DNA of 64,000 nt from the NCBI GenBank assembly GCA_965217865.1, contig CBDCJO010000001.1, forward strand, positions 352,001 through 416,000. The letters are read 5' to 3'. A program made the position numbers and the translations under genes. Shown here piece by piece: positions 19,757 to 29,932 of this stretch (position 1 is the stretch's first letter; every line of letters starts with the position of its first letter). This DNA comes from Candidatus Latescibacterota bacterium (GTDB lineage: Bacteria > Latescibacterota > UBA2968 > SICM01). The notes under the pieces were generated by a model. That model saw nothing but the letters and a program-made list of their open reading frames with translations, was not told the DNA's origin and searched no databases.

Positions 19757-21097
19757 ATGAACTACACACCGCACACAAAAAAAGAGATTGAAAGGATATC
19801 CCGGACGCTCGGGATCAAATCTCCCGGAGATCTTTTCAACGTCATCCCGAAATCGCTCCGGGTCGACAGGCTCGAACTGCCTCCGGCCTTGACGGAGATG
19901 GAGGCGGTCTCCTTCATGGACACCGTCTGTTCCGAGTTGCGTTCTAAGTCTCCGGCGCTCTCTTTTGTGGGGGGGGGAGCCTACGACCATTTTGTCCCAT
20001 CCGTGGTCCAAGAGGTAATCGGGAGAGGAGAGTTCTACACCGCCTACACCCCCTATCAACCGGAGGTTAGCCAGGGCACGCTCCAGGTGATCTTCGAGTT
20101 CCAAACGATGATCTGCGAGCTTACCGGAATGGATGTTGCCAATGCCTCCATGTACGATGGGGCCTCTGCCCTGGCCGAAGCCGTCCTGATGGCCGTTCGC
20201 CTGAACAACGGTCGCCGTGTCCTGCTCCCCCAAAGCCTCCACCCCTTCCACAGGAGAGTCGTGGAGACCTACACAAGGGGTATCGAACTGGAGATCGATG
20301 ACATCCCCTGTTCGGCTTCCGGAACCGTGGATCTGGATCGGATGACCTCCTCCCTCGGGGACGACGTCGCCGCGGTCGTGGTGCAGAATCCGAATTTCTT
20401 CGGTCTGCTGGAGCCCATAGATCGGATCGGGGGGATGCTGAAAGATCGGACCACCGCTTTCATCGCCTCTGTGAATCCGATCTCCCTGGGGCTATTCCGG
20501 CCCCCGGGTGATTTCGGTGCGGATATCGTGGTTGGGGAAGGTCAGCCTCTCGGGATCCCGTTGAGCTTTGGGGGCCCCTATCTCGGCTTTTTTGCCACCC
20601 GGGAGGAGCATATGCGGAAGATGCCGGGCAGAGTGGCCGGAGAGACGGTTGACCATAAGGGACGTCGGGGGTTTGTCTTGACCCTTCAGACCCGCGAACA
20701 GCATATCCGGAGGGAGAAGGCGACCTCGAACATCTGTACCAACCAGGCCCTTTGTGCGACCGCTGCCACGGTCTACCTTGCGTCGCTGGGGCCCCAGGGA
20801 CTGAAGGAGGTGGGACGCTTGAACTGGGCGAATAGCCACCGCCTGGCCGTTGCGCTTCGGGGCCTCCCCGGAGTGGACCAGGAGTTTTCAGGCCCCTTCT
20901 TCAACGAGTTCGTAGTCACCACGCCTCAGGCGCCGCACGTCGTCCTGGAGCGATTGCGAACTCAAGGGATCGAGGGCGGGATCGACCTGAGTGCGTTCTA
21001 TCCGGGAATGGATCGTTCTATCCTGGTCTGTACAACGGAGACCAAATCCAATGAAGATATCGAGGAAGCCGTGAAGGCCTGGAGGGAAGCCCTGTGA
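19757..21097 (+). CDS. gcvPA: Glycine dehydrogenase subunit 1
   Basis: YTPYQPEVSQG, ANASMYDG, TREQHIRREKATSNICTN. Confidence 0.97.
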   Translation: MNYTPHTKKEIERISRTLGIKSPGDLFNVIPKSLRVDRLELPPALTEMEAVSFMDTVCSELRSKSPALSFVGGGAYDHFVPSVVQEVIGRGEFYTAYTPYQPEVSQGTLQVIFEFQTMICELTGMDVANASMYDGASALAEAVLMAVRLNNGRRVLLPQSLHPFHRRVVETYTRGIELEIDDIPCSASGTVDLDRMTSSLGDDVAAVVVQNPNFFGLLEPIDRIGGMLKDRTTAFIASVNPISLGLFRPPGDFGADIVVGEGQPLGIPLSFGGPYLGFFATREEHMRKMPGRVAGETVDHKGRRGFVLTLQTREQHIRREKATSNICTNQALCATAATVYLASLGPQGLKEVGRLNWANSHRLAVALRGLPGVDQEFSGPFFNEFVVTTPQAPHVVLERLRTQGIEGGIDLSAFYPGMDRSILVCTTETKSNEDIEEAVKAWREAL

Positions 21098-22584
21098 TGC
21101 CCGGCCAAGAAACCGGGGCGCCGAAAGATGATCCCGGAGGAAAATCCAGGCTGATATTCGAGAAAGGCGCGTCCGGGCGGCGAAGTGTGTCCTTCCCCCA
21201 GGTGGACGACTTGGTTGAGGATATCCCCCCTGACCTGAGTCGGGAGACCCCACCCGGCCTGCCTGAGGTGTCGGAGCTGGAACTGATTCGCCACTATCTC
21301 CTTTTATCCGAGAAAAACTTCAGCATCGACACGGTGTTTTATCCCCTCGGGTCCTGTACCATGAAATACAACCCTAAAGTCCACGAGCGGATTGCCCGGA
21401 TGTCCGAGTTGGCGGGCCTTCATCCACTCACCTCCGAAGAACACGCCCAGCCCATGCTAAGGATCCTGTCCCACATGGCCGAGATCCTGAAAGAAGTGAC
21501 CGGAATGGACGGGATCACATTCCAGCCCTTCGCCGGGGCCCACGGAGAGTTCGTAGGCATTTCCATCATCGCCGCGTACTACAAGGACCGTAAAGACGAA
21601 AAGCGGATCGTCCTGATTCCGGAGTCCGCACACGGAACCAATCCCGCCACGGCCGCCATGTGCGGCTACACCGTGCAGACTCTGAAGACAGATCCGAGGG
21701 GAATGGTGGACCTGTCCGACCTTAAGTCCAGGATGAACGACGAAGTGGCCGCCATCATGCTCACAAATCCGAATACCTTCGGAATCTTCGAAGAAGAGAT
21801 CCGGGAGATCGCGGACATCGTCCACGAAGGAGGCGGACTGCTTTACTACGACGGCGCAAACCTGAACGCCCTCCTGGGACACTGCCGGCCCGGCGACATG
21901 GGGTTCGATGTTGTCCACCTGAACCTGCACAAGACCTTCACCACCCCGCACGGGGGAGGGGGTCCCGGGGCAGGTCCCCTCGGCGTGAAGGAACACCTCC
22001 TCCCCTATCTCCCCGTGCCGCTGATCGAAAAGAAAGGAGATCGTTTCCATCTGGAATACGATCGCCCCCTTTCGATCGGGAAAATAAGCTCTTTCTACGG
22101 AAACATCGGAATGATCCTTCGGGCATACGTCTACGCGCGGATGCTCGGTGAGGAAGGGATGCGAAGGACCGCGGAGATGGCCGTCCTCAACGCCAATTAC
22201 ATCCACCAACGGCTGGTGGAACACTACGAACAGAAGTACCGGACACAGCCCATGCACGAAACCGTACTATCCGCCTCGAAGCAGAAAAGGGAATACGGAA
22301 TATCCGCCCTGGATATCTGCAAACGCCTGATCGATTACGGAATCCACCCACCCACCGTATACTTTCCCCTCCCGAACGTCGTCCCCGAGGCCTTGTTGAT
22401 CGAGCCCACCGAGACGGAGAACCTGGAGCAATTGGACGTGTTCATCGATGCGATGGTCCGAATCGGTCAGGAGGCGAAAGAATCGCCTGCCCTTTTACAC
22501 GAAGCCCCGCATCACACACCCGTAGGCAGACTGGATGAAGTCCGGGCCGCCCGGAAGCCGGTGTTGAGGTGGAAGCGGAGTTGA
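21094..22584 (+). CDS. gcvPB: Glycine dehydrogenase subunit 2
   Basis: PLGSCTMKYNP, HLNLHKTFTTPHGGGGPG, IEPTETE. Confidence 0.97.
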   Translation: MMPGQETGAPKDDPGGKSRLIFEKGASGRRSVSFPQVDDLVEDIPPDLSRETPPGLPEVSELELIRHYLLLSEKNFSIDTVFYPLGSCTMKYNPKVHERIARMSELAGLHPLTSEEHAQPMLRILSHMAEILKEVTGMDGITFQPFAGAHGEFVGISIIAAYYKDRKDEKRIVLIPESAHGTNPATAAMCGYTVQTLKTDPRGMVDLSDLKSRMNDEVAAIMLTNPNTFGIFEEEIREIADIVHEGGGLLYYDGANLNALLGHCRPGDMGFDVVHLNLHKTFTTPHGGGGPGAGPLGVKEHLLPYLPVPLIEKKGDRFHLEYDRPLSIGKISSFYGNIGMILRAYVYARMLGEEGMRRTAEMAVLNANYIHQRLVEHYEQKYRTQPMHETVLSASKQKREYGISALDICKRLIDYGIHPPTVYFPLPNVVPEALLIEPTETENLEQLDVFIDAMVRIGQEAKESPALLHEAPHHTPVGRLDEVRAARKPVLRWKRS

Positions 22585-22751
22585 GCGGTATGTTCGTGCT
22601 CATTGTTTAAAAAATGTCATCCACGATTCTATCATTGATCCTGCAATACTTTAGTGCTTGATAGGGCTTGATATTGACTTTTGTTGGCATAATCTTTACT
22701 ATGATTCTTAATCTGAGCTTCCCCCAAGATGAAAAATATAGCCAACTGGAG

Positions 22752-23211
22752 TTAGAGTCTTACAGTATGACTTCTACGCAAGATGCGTACATCTTTTTGG
22801 TTGCGGCCTGAGTGAAACGAAGCCCGCGAATAGGGGTGAAGTCCCCTCCTTGGAGGGGATTAAGGGGTGGGTCTCAAGCCCGGCTCCCCTCCCGGGAGGG
22901 GATTAAGGGGTGGGTCTGAGGCGGAGTGAGGGAACATCGCAGATTACCGATTAGTTTATTTCGAATTGAAATCCCCAACCGCCTTTCCGAATCACGAACC
23001 ACGATCCATGGTTTTTCGGAAGTCACGCCGGGGCACCCCTCCCAGGGAGGGGTTTTGGTGAGCGTTGCTTGGAATACGCCATGAAAATGAAAGTCCCCTC
23101 CTTGGAGGGGATTAAGGGGTGGGTCTGATTTAGAGTCTTACAGTATGACTTCTACGCAAGGTGCGTACATCTTTTTGGTTGCAGACTCAGTAAAGCGAAG
23201 CCCGCGATAGG
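22752..23211. repeat. Composite REP cluster: two ~82-bp direct repeats (22752-22834, 23130-23211) enclosing four CCCCTCC-n-GGAGGGG hairpins
   Basis: TTAGAGTCTTACAGTATGACTTCTACGCAAG... occurs twice. CCCCTCCyyGGAGGGGATTAAGGGGTGGGTCT occurs three times, plus one partial inverted copy. Confidence 0.9.
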
Positions 23212-23217
23212 CCTGTC

Positions 23218-23577
23218 ATGAACGATAACAATACGACCATCTCCGAGCTCAAATCCCGGATGGCCGAATTTGTCCGGGAACGGGACTGGGAGCAGTTTCA
23301 CTCACCGAAAAACCTGGCGATGTCCATCTCCATCGAAGCCGCAGAGCTGATGGAGCGTTTTCAATGGCTCACACCGGAACAATCCTTAAACCTGACATCG
23401 GACCAGAAAGCGGGGATCCGGGAGGAACTCGCCGACGTGATCATCTACTCGCTCTATCTGTGCAACGGCCTTTCGATCGACCTGACCCGGGCCATCCTGG
23501 AAAAGACCGAACGTAACGCGAAGCGATATCCGGCCGAAACCGTCCGGGGGCGGTCAGATCACTCGCCTGAGGATTAA
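23218..23577 (+). CDS. MazG-like nucleotide pyrophosphohydrolase
   Basis: ERDWEQFHSPKNLAMSISIEAAEL, EELADV. Confidence 0.9.
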   Translation: MNDNNTTISELKSRMAEFVRERDWEQFHSPKNLAMSISIEAAELMERFQWLTPEQSLNLTSDQKAGIREELADVIIYSLYLCNGLSIDLTRAILEKTERNAKRYPAETVRGRSDHSPED

Positions 23578-23791
23578 CTGCGAAATGGGGGGTTGTGGAA
23601 AGCGGAATGGGTAGATTGTGGGAATCGGGGATTTGAAAACCGAAAAACACAGAGAATCCACAACCTGGTCAGAAGGCGGGAATTACATGTTTATTATGAG
23701 GGTGAACGTGGGGTTACTCTGGTAGAGATTTGGAAATACCGTTTGGGTCAAAGCGGATCGGGCATAAACTCGTCGATGTGCCCCGGCGTCC

Positions 23792-24313
23792 TTACTCGAT
23801 CACCCCGCACGCCAGACGCTTCCCCGCATTTCCGGTCGGCTGAGAGGTCAGATCGTCCTCTCCGGAGTGGATGATGATCCCGCGCCCGACAATCGATTTC
23901 TCCCCGCTCAGGCTGATGACTTTATCCACCCGGTCATAGTTCGCGGTTCCGGTAGCATCGGCCATCAGATTGCCAAGGTCGCCGACGTGCCGTTCAGAGG
24001 CCTCGTTATCGGGTGAACCGTGCGGGGATCCGTCCGGATTGAAGTGTCCGCCCGCTGAGGTGCCATCCGGAGCACTGCAATCGCCCTTTACATGTATGTG
24101 GAAACCGTGGGCTCCGGGGGTGAGTCCTTCGATTTCAGCGACGATGCGGACACCTCCCGCCACCTCGGAGAAGGTAACCTGGCCGGTCGTGGAATTTCCC
24201 TCGATGGGTCCGATCTTGGCCGCGGCTTTGAGTCCGATCTTCTCGGGTGGACTCCCGCATCCGATCAAGAGGGCACCCGCGATCAACGAAATAACGAGGC
24301 TGCATCTTTTCAT
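23792..24313 (-). CDS. sodC: Cu/Zn superoxide dismutase, lipoprotein
   Basis: LLIGC lipobox, HGFHIH, GGHFNP, HVGDLGN, GNAGKRLACGVI. Confidence 0.95.
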   Translation of the reverse strand: MKRCSLVISLIAGALLIGCGSPPEKIGLKAAAKIGPIEGNSTTGQVTFSEVAGGVRIVAEIEGLTPGAHGFHIHVKGDCSAPDGTSAGGHFNPDGSPHGSPDNEASERHVGDLGNLMADATGTANYDRVDKVISLSGEKSIVGRGIIIHSGEDDLTSQPTGNAGKRLACGVIE

Positions 24314-24471
24314 TACGGACCTCCGATGGACTACTGTCCTTTTTTGTCAAAAGTCTTCCAATTTTGCGCCACCTATTTAACCAAAACCTCCATCTCGAGT
24401 CAAGGACTAATTCCCGACTCTTCCCTCGTGATACTTTTAAGTGGGCCCGTCTTTCTTTCTCTTGAATCGTA

Positions 24472-24840
24472 ATGGTCGATCGATCAAATCCGACACTACG
24501 CGTCGTACTCCTCCCCCGCGATACGAACGCCCACGGCACCATCTTCGGGGGGGTGATTCTGAGCCATCTCGACATCGCCGGGGCGATCGAAGCCCGGAAA
24601 CAGGCCAGCAATAGGATCGTGACGGTGGCGATGCACGAAGTGGAATTTCACGCCCCGGTCTTCGTGGGAGACGTCGTCAGTTATTACAGCCGAACCAAAC
24701 GGGTCGGCAGAACATCCATCACGGTGAAGGTCGAAGTCGAGGCTGAACGGGCGGATGGGGGCGGATATGTGAAGGTGACAGAGGCGGAGATCGTTTACGT
24801 GGCCGTGGATGATGAGGGAAAGCCCGTGCCAATAGGATAA
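24472..24840 (+). CDS. Acyl-CoA thioesterase (YciA-like hotdog fold)
   Basis: [25 protein letters not shown]. Confidence 0.92.
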   Translation: MVDRSNPTLRVVLLPRDTNAHGTIFGGVILSHLDIAGAIEARKQASNRIVTVAMHEVEFHAPVFVGDVVSYYSRTKRVGRTSITVKVEVEAERADGGGYVKVTEAEIVYVAVDDEGKPVPIG

Positions 24841-24881
24841 TATTGCGATCGGTTTTCAAGGTTTTGTGGATTGTTTCGAAA

Positions 24882-24978
24882 GCCTGAGCTTGTCGAAGCC
24901 CCGGCCCTGAGCGGAACGAAGGGGAGATCTCGGTTTTAAAGGCTTACAGCTACGCAAGGTGCGGACATTTTTTTGGTT
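24882..24978. repeat. REP family A/B fragments
   Basis: CCTGAGCTTGTCGAAG, CCTGAGCGGAACGAAGG, CTACGCAAGGTGCGGACATTTTTTTGGTT. Confidence 0.7.
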
Positions 24979-25004
24979 TCATTGCATTTTCCAATTTGCA
25001 TTTT

Positions 25005-26792
25005 TCATTTTTCATTTTCCATTTCCATACCCTCGATATGGCTTAGGAATTTTTCCGCCGATATGAAGCCTGTAAGCCGCTTGTGGGAGAGTTCCTTTCC
25101 ATCCCTATCGAAGAAGACGATGGTAGGGAGGCCCACGATCCGGTACTTTTTCTGAATGGCACGTGTCCCTTCAGAGTCATTCGTAAAGTCGAGCTTGATG
25201 CTGATGAAGCCTTTGAGCCGCTCACGGACTTCCGGATGGCTGTAAGTCTCCCGGTCCAGTTCCACACAGGCCGCGCACCAGTCCGCATAAAAGTCGATCA
25301 TCGCGGGTTTCCCCTCGCGATGGGCTTTCTCAAATCCCTCCTTCTCATCCAGGACCCAATCCGGACCTGCCTCCAACGCCGTCACGGTAAACGCCCCGGC
25401 AACGACATAGAGCCCAACCGCACAAAGCCCTACCCCGATGCCTTTCCGAAGGCGGACACCCTTAGATGATCCGTGGAATGACTTGTGAACCGCTCCCAGG
25501 ATTAGACCCAGAACGATCAACCCCCCCGCTGCAGCAAAGGTCCCGGCCGAACGGTCCAGGAAGGACTTCAACCACGGGGCAATATCTTTAAAAAAGAACA
25601 GCGCTGCGGCCAGCATCATGATCCCGAGCAGACTCTTGACACCCTCCATCCAGGTCCCCGACCTCGGCAGCGAGGACAAAGCACTGGAAAACGTCCCGAT
25701 GACGATGAAGAGGACACCCAGTCCCAGGGCGAATGAGAACAGAAGCCAGAACCCCAGTATCATATCCTGGGTGGTGGCCACATAAGTCAGGACGCCCGCA
25801 AGGACCGGTCCCGTACAGGGCGCCGCGATGATCCCCCCCACGAGCCCCATTCCAAAAGCCCCCACATACCCATGGCCGCCCACAGCCGTCAACTGTTCCT
25901 GCAGGACGGACGGAAGCCGGACCTCGAATGCCCCGAGCATCGACACCCCGAAGGCCGCCAGGATCGCAACCACCCCACCGACCACCCATGGATTTGTCAG
26001 AACCTGGCCGAATACGGCTCCGGTCGAGGCCGCGCTCAATCCCAGGATCGAATAGGTCGAGGCGATGCCCAACACGTATATGCACGACAGGAACAGGCTC
26101 TCCCATCTGCTTTTGACCTTCCGAGCCCCGAAGATGCTGATCGTGATCGGGATCAGGGGGTAAACACAAGGCGTCAGGCTTGTCAAAAGGCCTCCTATGA
26201 ACGCCAGGAGCACCGCCCAGAACCATCCCTTTCCCAGCAGCCCCTCTCCCTCCCTGCTGAAATCCTCGAGTTGCGCGATCGTGAGGGCTCCCGGCTCCCC
26301 GCGATCAGTCGCTTCGACGACCGTCAGGGCGAGTTCCAGAGTCTTCGTGGTCGGAAAGTAGCAGAGTGTCGGGGAACAGCCTTGGTACCTGATATTCGCC
26401 TTGACAGGGATCCTTCCAGGGCGGGCTTGCGGCACGGTCACTGTCGAAACAAACGTAAAGGACGGAGCCCCTGTGAAAGCATCCACCTCCTTCCCCGTGA
26501 TCGGATCGACCTTCAGGGAAGAAGCCGGAAATGCCGCCTCGCTGATGAGGAGATCCGATTCGGCCTCGAAGCTGATCGACGTCTGATCCCGATACACCAG
26601 GTGATCCTCGGGTAGGCTGAGCATCAACCGGATCTCCGTGCGGGACCCTCGGGAGGCCGTATCCGGAACGACCTGTCCCGACCACCTGAACAGCGTCTCC
26701 GGGTCAGGTACCGCACCCTGCCCCCACGACAACGAGGATAACGCCAGGGTAAGCCCTATCAGGATCGGAATAACACGGTTATGTTTATTCAT
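25005..26792 (-). CDS. dsbD: Protein-disulfide reductase DsbD
   Basis: YQGCSPTLCY, LTPCVYP, APCTGP, ADWCAAC. Start at MNKHNR chosen (ORF track extends to 26924). Confidence 0.93.
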   Translation of the reverse strand: MNKHNRVIPILIGLTLALSSLSWGQGAVPDPETLFRWSGQVVPDTASRGSRTEIRLMLSLPEDHLVYRDQTSISFEAESDLLISEAAFPASSLKVDPITGKEVDAFTGAPSFTFVSTVTVPQARPGRIPVKANIRYQGCSPTLCYFPTTKTLELALTVVEATDRGEPGALTIAQLEDFSREGEGLLGKGWFWAVLLAFIGGLLTSLTPCVYPLIPITISIFGARKVKSRWESLFLSCIYVLGIASTYSILGLSAASTGAVFGQVLTNPWVVGGVVAILAAFGVSMLGAFEVRLPSVLQEQLTAVGGHGYVGAFGMGLVGGIIAAPCTGPVLAGVLTYVATTQDMILGFWLLFSFALGLGVLFIVIGTFSSALSSLPRSGTWMEGVKSLLGIMMLAAALFFFKDIAPWLKSFLDRSAGTFAAAGGLIVLGLILGAVHKSFHGSSKGVRLRKGIGVGLCAVGLYVVAGAFTVTALEAGPDWVLDEKEGFEKAHREGKPAMIDFYADWCAACVELDRETYSHPEVRERLKGFISIKLDFTNDSEGTRAIQKKYRIVGLPTIVFFDRDGKELSHKRLTGFISAEKFLSHIEGMEMENEK

Positions 26793-27176
26793 AATTCTAA
26801 ACCTTGTGTATTGCGAAAGACGTTTCATTGCACTTTCTTGATCATATCCCTTATCCGGGAGGGCCCGCGGTCTCGCGGGCCGTAATCGGTTAACAGATGC
26901 TGATAACGCTTCCCGCCTAATCAAATTCGTTCACCATTAAAAATCATTCAGTTTGCCATAAACCGCCAAACCCTTGAAACCATTGGAATCAGGAAATCCT
27001 TGACCTTAATGGCCGGAATGTTAGCGGACGCCGAGGCCGGCGTCCCTCCCGTCTCATCGCCTTTCCTTCCCTGACAACCTGTTTTGACTCCTCCGACCTT
27101 AGACACCCCACCTCCTGCCTCTGCCTTTCCTGCTACTGCTACTGCCTTTCCCCCTCACTTTTGCACTTTCCATTTT

Positions 27177-28467
27177 TCATTTTTCATTTCCATGATTTCC
27201 ATGTCCTAATTTATCCGCCTGCTCCGCCACCTTGCGGTAGGCCTCCGCGTGTTCAGCGATGATATCGGGTCGATACTTCTTGAACCACGGGATACCGTAG
27301 ACCCGTTCCTGAATCGATTCCGTGACCGGAAGGCTTCCGGGGCCCTCCCTGACATCCCGATCCGTGTGCGCGATGCGCGTCGGCTTTCCGTGTCCATAGA
27401 TGTCCGCTTCGTTCAGAACCGGATGGAGATGGAGGGGGGGGGTTCGCCCCCGGACTGCAGATCCCTCCCTCGGCGCGCACCGCCTCCGCGAACTTCTGGA
27501 GTCCCAACCCGCCTAACTCGTCTGCACAATAAATCCCGTGGGGGAGATACCACCCTCCCATCTTACTGCTCGAGGACTTGGCAGGCCGGTGCGCCCGGAT
27601 CCCGGGAACCCCTTCAAGGAAGTCCCAGAAGGCGTTCATCGCTTTCCGGATGACCTCCAACCGTTCACCATAGTGCCTGAGCTGTACACGCCCCACAGCG
27701 GACGACATCTGGTGCATCCTGTACTTCGTGCCCCCCAGCGGTAATCCGATCAGGGGCACCAGCTCGGGAAGGTCGATTTCTGTTTCAGTTCGTTGATAAT
27801 GTCCGAATGCCGTCGCCCTCTGGTGGATCTCCCGATCATTCGTGATCAGCATCCCCCCTTCCCCGACGGCCAAAGCCTTACCGGACATGCAGGACATGGC
27901 GCCTGCGTGGCCGATGGTACCCAGGATTCGTCCTTTGTAGAGGCCCCCGTGAGCGTGGGAGACATCCTCGATCACCTTGAGTCCGCGATCACCCGCAATC
28001 TTAACGATAGGATCCATATCGGCCGGGTAACCGTAGGAGTGCACCACCACGATCGCCTTGGTCCGTTTCGTAACCCGCTCTTCCAGGTCTTTCGGATCGA
28101 TGCACATCGTGTCCGCCTCCACATCCGCAAACACAATCGTCGCCCCGAGGGACATCGCAGGAAGGACGGATGCCCAGAAAGTGAGGCTTGGAGCGATGAT
28201 CTCGTCCCCAACGCCTACCCCGCAGCCGAACATGGCAGCGTGTAGGGCCGCCGTGCCCGTGTTGTGAGCGAGGGCATATTCGACACCGTGCCAGCTGGCG
28301 AATTCCGTTTCAAATTGTGCGGTCACATCTCTTTCGGACATCTTGCCCGCACGGAGAACCTCCAGCACGGCCCGTTCATCCTCCTCCGTGATGATCGGCC
28401 AGGTGAAAACGTCGCCTTTAGGTTTTCTGACCGCCTTGGGGCCCCCGAACAGGGCAAGTCTCTCCAT
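27177..28467 (-). CDS. DegT/DnrJ/EryC1/StrS aminotransferase with a +1 frameshift in a G9 run at 27434-27442
   Basis: IEDVSHAHG, SGKALAVGEGG. Removing one G restores PLHLHPVLNEADIYGHGKPTRIA...YRKVAEQADKLGHGNHGNEK*. Confidence 0.85.
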
Positions 28468-28829
28468 AGATCTTCCTTGTGATCCCCTACTCTAAACCTC
28501 CGATATCACCCTGAAAGGCCGGGGAATCACGATATCCACAGATCCCTGCGACGGATTTCAGTTTTGAATAATTTGGATAACGTTACATGGCCATAAAGCT
28601 AAATCAGGGAAGCAGATTCTGTCAAACGAATTCTTGTTGACTGCACATCCCACGTTGTGCATATTGTCCCTGGATTCAAGGAGATTACACGCCTGGGACA
28701 TCGCCCAAACCATCCCGCAGGCTCAAAACTGTAACTTTTTTCCTCGATAACAGTTCCATCCTCTATTGAAGTTCCTGGGGCCCCTGCTCCAGGACTGTCA
28801 ATTACCGTTAACCCCAAGGAGGGAACATC

Positions 28830-29834
28830 ATGCCTCAGGTCCTCGGTATTTTCACCACAGGACTATTATGGGTCTCCCTTTTCGCCCTTTTCTCTCACGG
28901 GACGGAAGCCCAGGATCAGCAGACCCCCATCGGTGAAAAATGGTGGCCTTCCCGATGGGGACCGAATGACGAGGCCGGGGCCTCCAACTGGATCACTCCG
29001 GCCAAAGTCCTGGAGGCGGCAAGACTGATCAAGACCGGCAAAATCTATGACATCGGTCGGATTTATGAAACCGGGATGCCTTTATTCGGGACCCGGCGAT
29101 ACACGTTCCGGATCCCGGGCACACCCACGGGCGGACCCTTTGGTACTAACCAATTGATCTATCACGACGAGTTTCTGGCCACTGAGATCGGGCAGGTCGG
29201 AACCCAGTTTGACGGACTGGGGCATATCGGGGTTCAGGTGGGGGAATCCGGGGACATGGATTGGATGGTTTACTACAACGGCTTCACCGAAACCCAGATG
29301 GCCGATTCCACAGGGCTGAAGAAACTTGGGATCGAAAAGTTGAAACCCATCTTTACGAGGGGCGTACTGATCGACGTGGCCGGTTATAAAGGAAGGATGC
29401 TGGAAATGGGGGAAGAGATCACCGTGGAGGACGTGCGGTCAACCCTCCACCACCAGGGGATATTTGGGGAATTCAAACCGGGGGACGCGATCTTTTTCAA
29501 CACGGGCTGGGGAAGCCTCTGGATGAAGGATAACGACCGGTTCAACAGCGGCACCCCGGGGATCGGGATGGCTGTCGCCAGGTGGATCATATCGATACAG
29601 GCCAGCGTGGTCGGTGCGGATACCTGGCCCGTTGAAGTCATGCCGAGTCCCGACCCCGATGCCTTCGCCCCGGTACACTGTGAACTGATCACGAAGCACG
29701 GGATCTTCCTTCACGAGAACCTGGATTTCACAGAGCTCATCAAGGACGGAGTCTTCGAATTCGTTTACGTGATGACCCCCCTCCGAATTAAGGGAGCAAC
29801 CGGTTCCCCTGGCAGGCCGATAGCGATCCGGTAA
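28830..29834 (+). CDS. Cyclase (kynurenine formamidase-like) family secreted protein
   Basis: Signal peptide, SRWGPNDEAG, QVGTQFDGLGH, HENL, GATGSPGRPIA. Confidence 0.9.
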   Translation: MPQVLGIFTTGLLWVSLFALFSHGTEAQDQQTPIGEKWWPSRWGPNDEAGASNWITPAKVLEAARLIKTGKIYDIGRIYETGMPLFGTRRYTFRIPGTPTGGPFGTNQLIYHDEFLATEIGQVGTQFDGLGHIGVQVGESGDMDWMVYYNGFTETQMADSTGLKKLGIEKLKPIFTRGVLIDVAGYKGRMLEMGEEITVEDVRSTLHHQGIFGEFKPGDAIFFNTGWGSLWMKDNDRFNSGTPGIGMAVARWIISIQASVVGADTWPVEVMPSPDPDAFAPVHCELITKHGIFLHENLDFTELIKDGVFEFVYVMTPLRIKGATGSPGRPIAIR

Positions 29835-29932
29835 GGCAATCACTTCGAGTCCCCTATGAACCCATCAGATCCGGATCGATCCATCTCTCCCTAAATCCGG
29901 AGTATTCTCCAATCATCTCATAGAGCATTGCG

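Noticed and set aside
22685-22699. TGGCAT-N5-TTAC as a sigma-54 promoter
   Set aside because: Lacks the -12 GC and is far from the next gene.
22800-22830. CTGAGTGAAACGAA resembling a hammerhead ribozyme core
   Set aside because: No stem II between the motifs, and the motif is not conserved in the second copy (CTCAGTAAAGCGAA).
22838-23126. Repeated 30-37-bp palindromic units as a CRISPR array
   Set aside because: Spacers are irregular (~10 to >100 bp), orientation is mixed and there are no cas genes. Fits REP elements.
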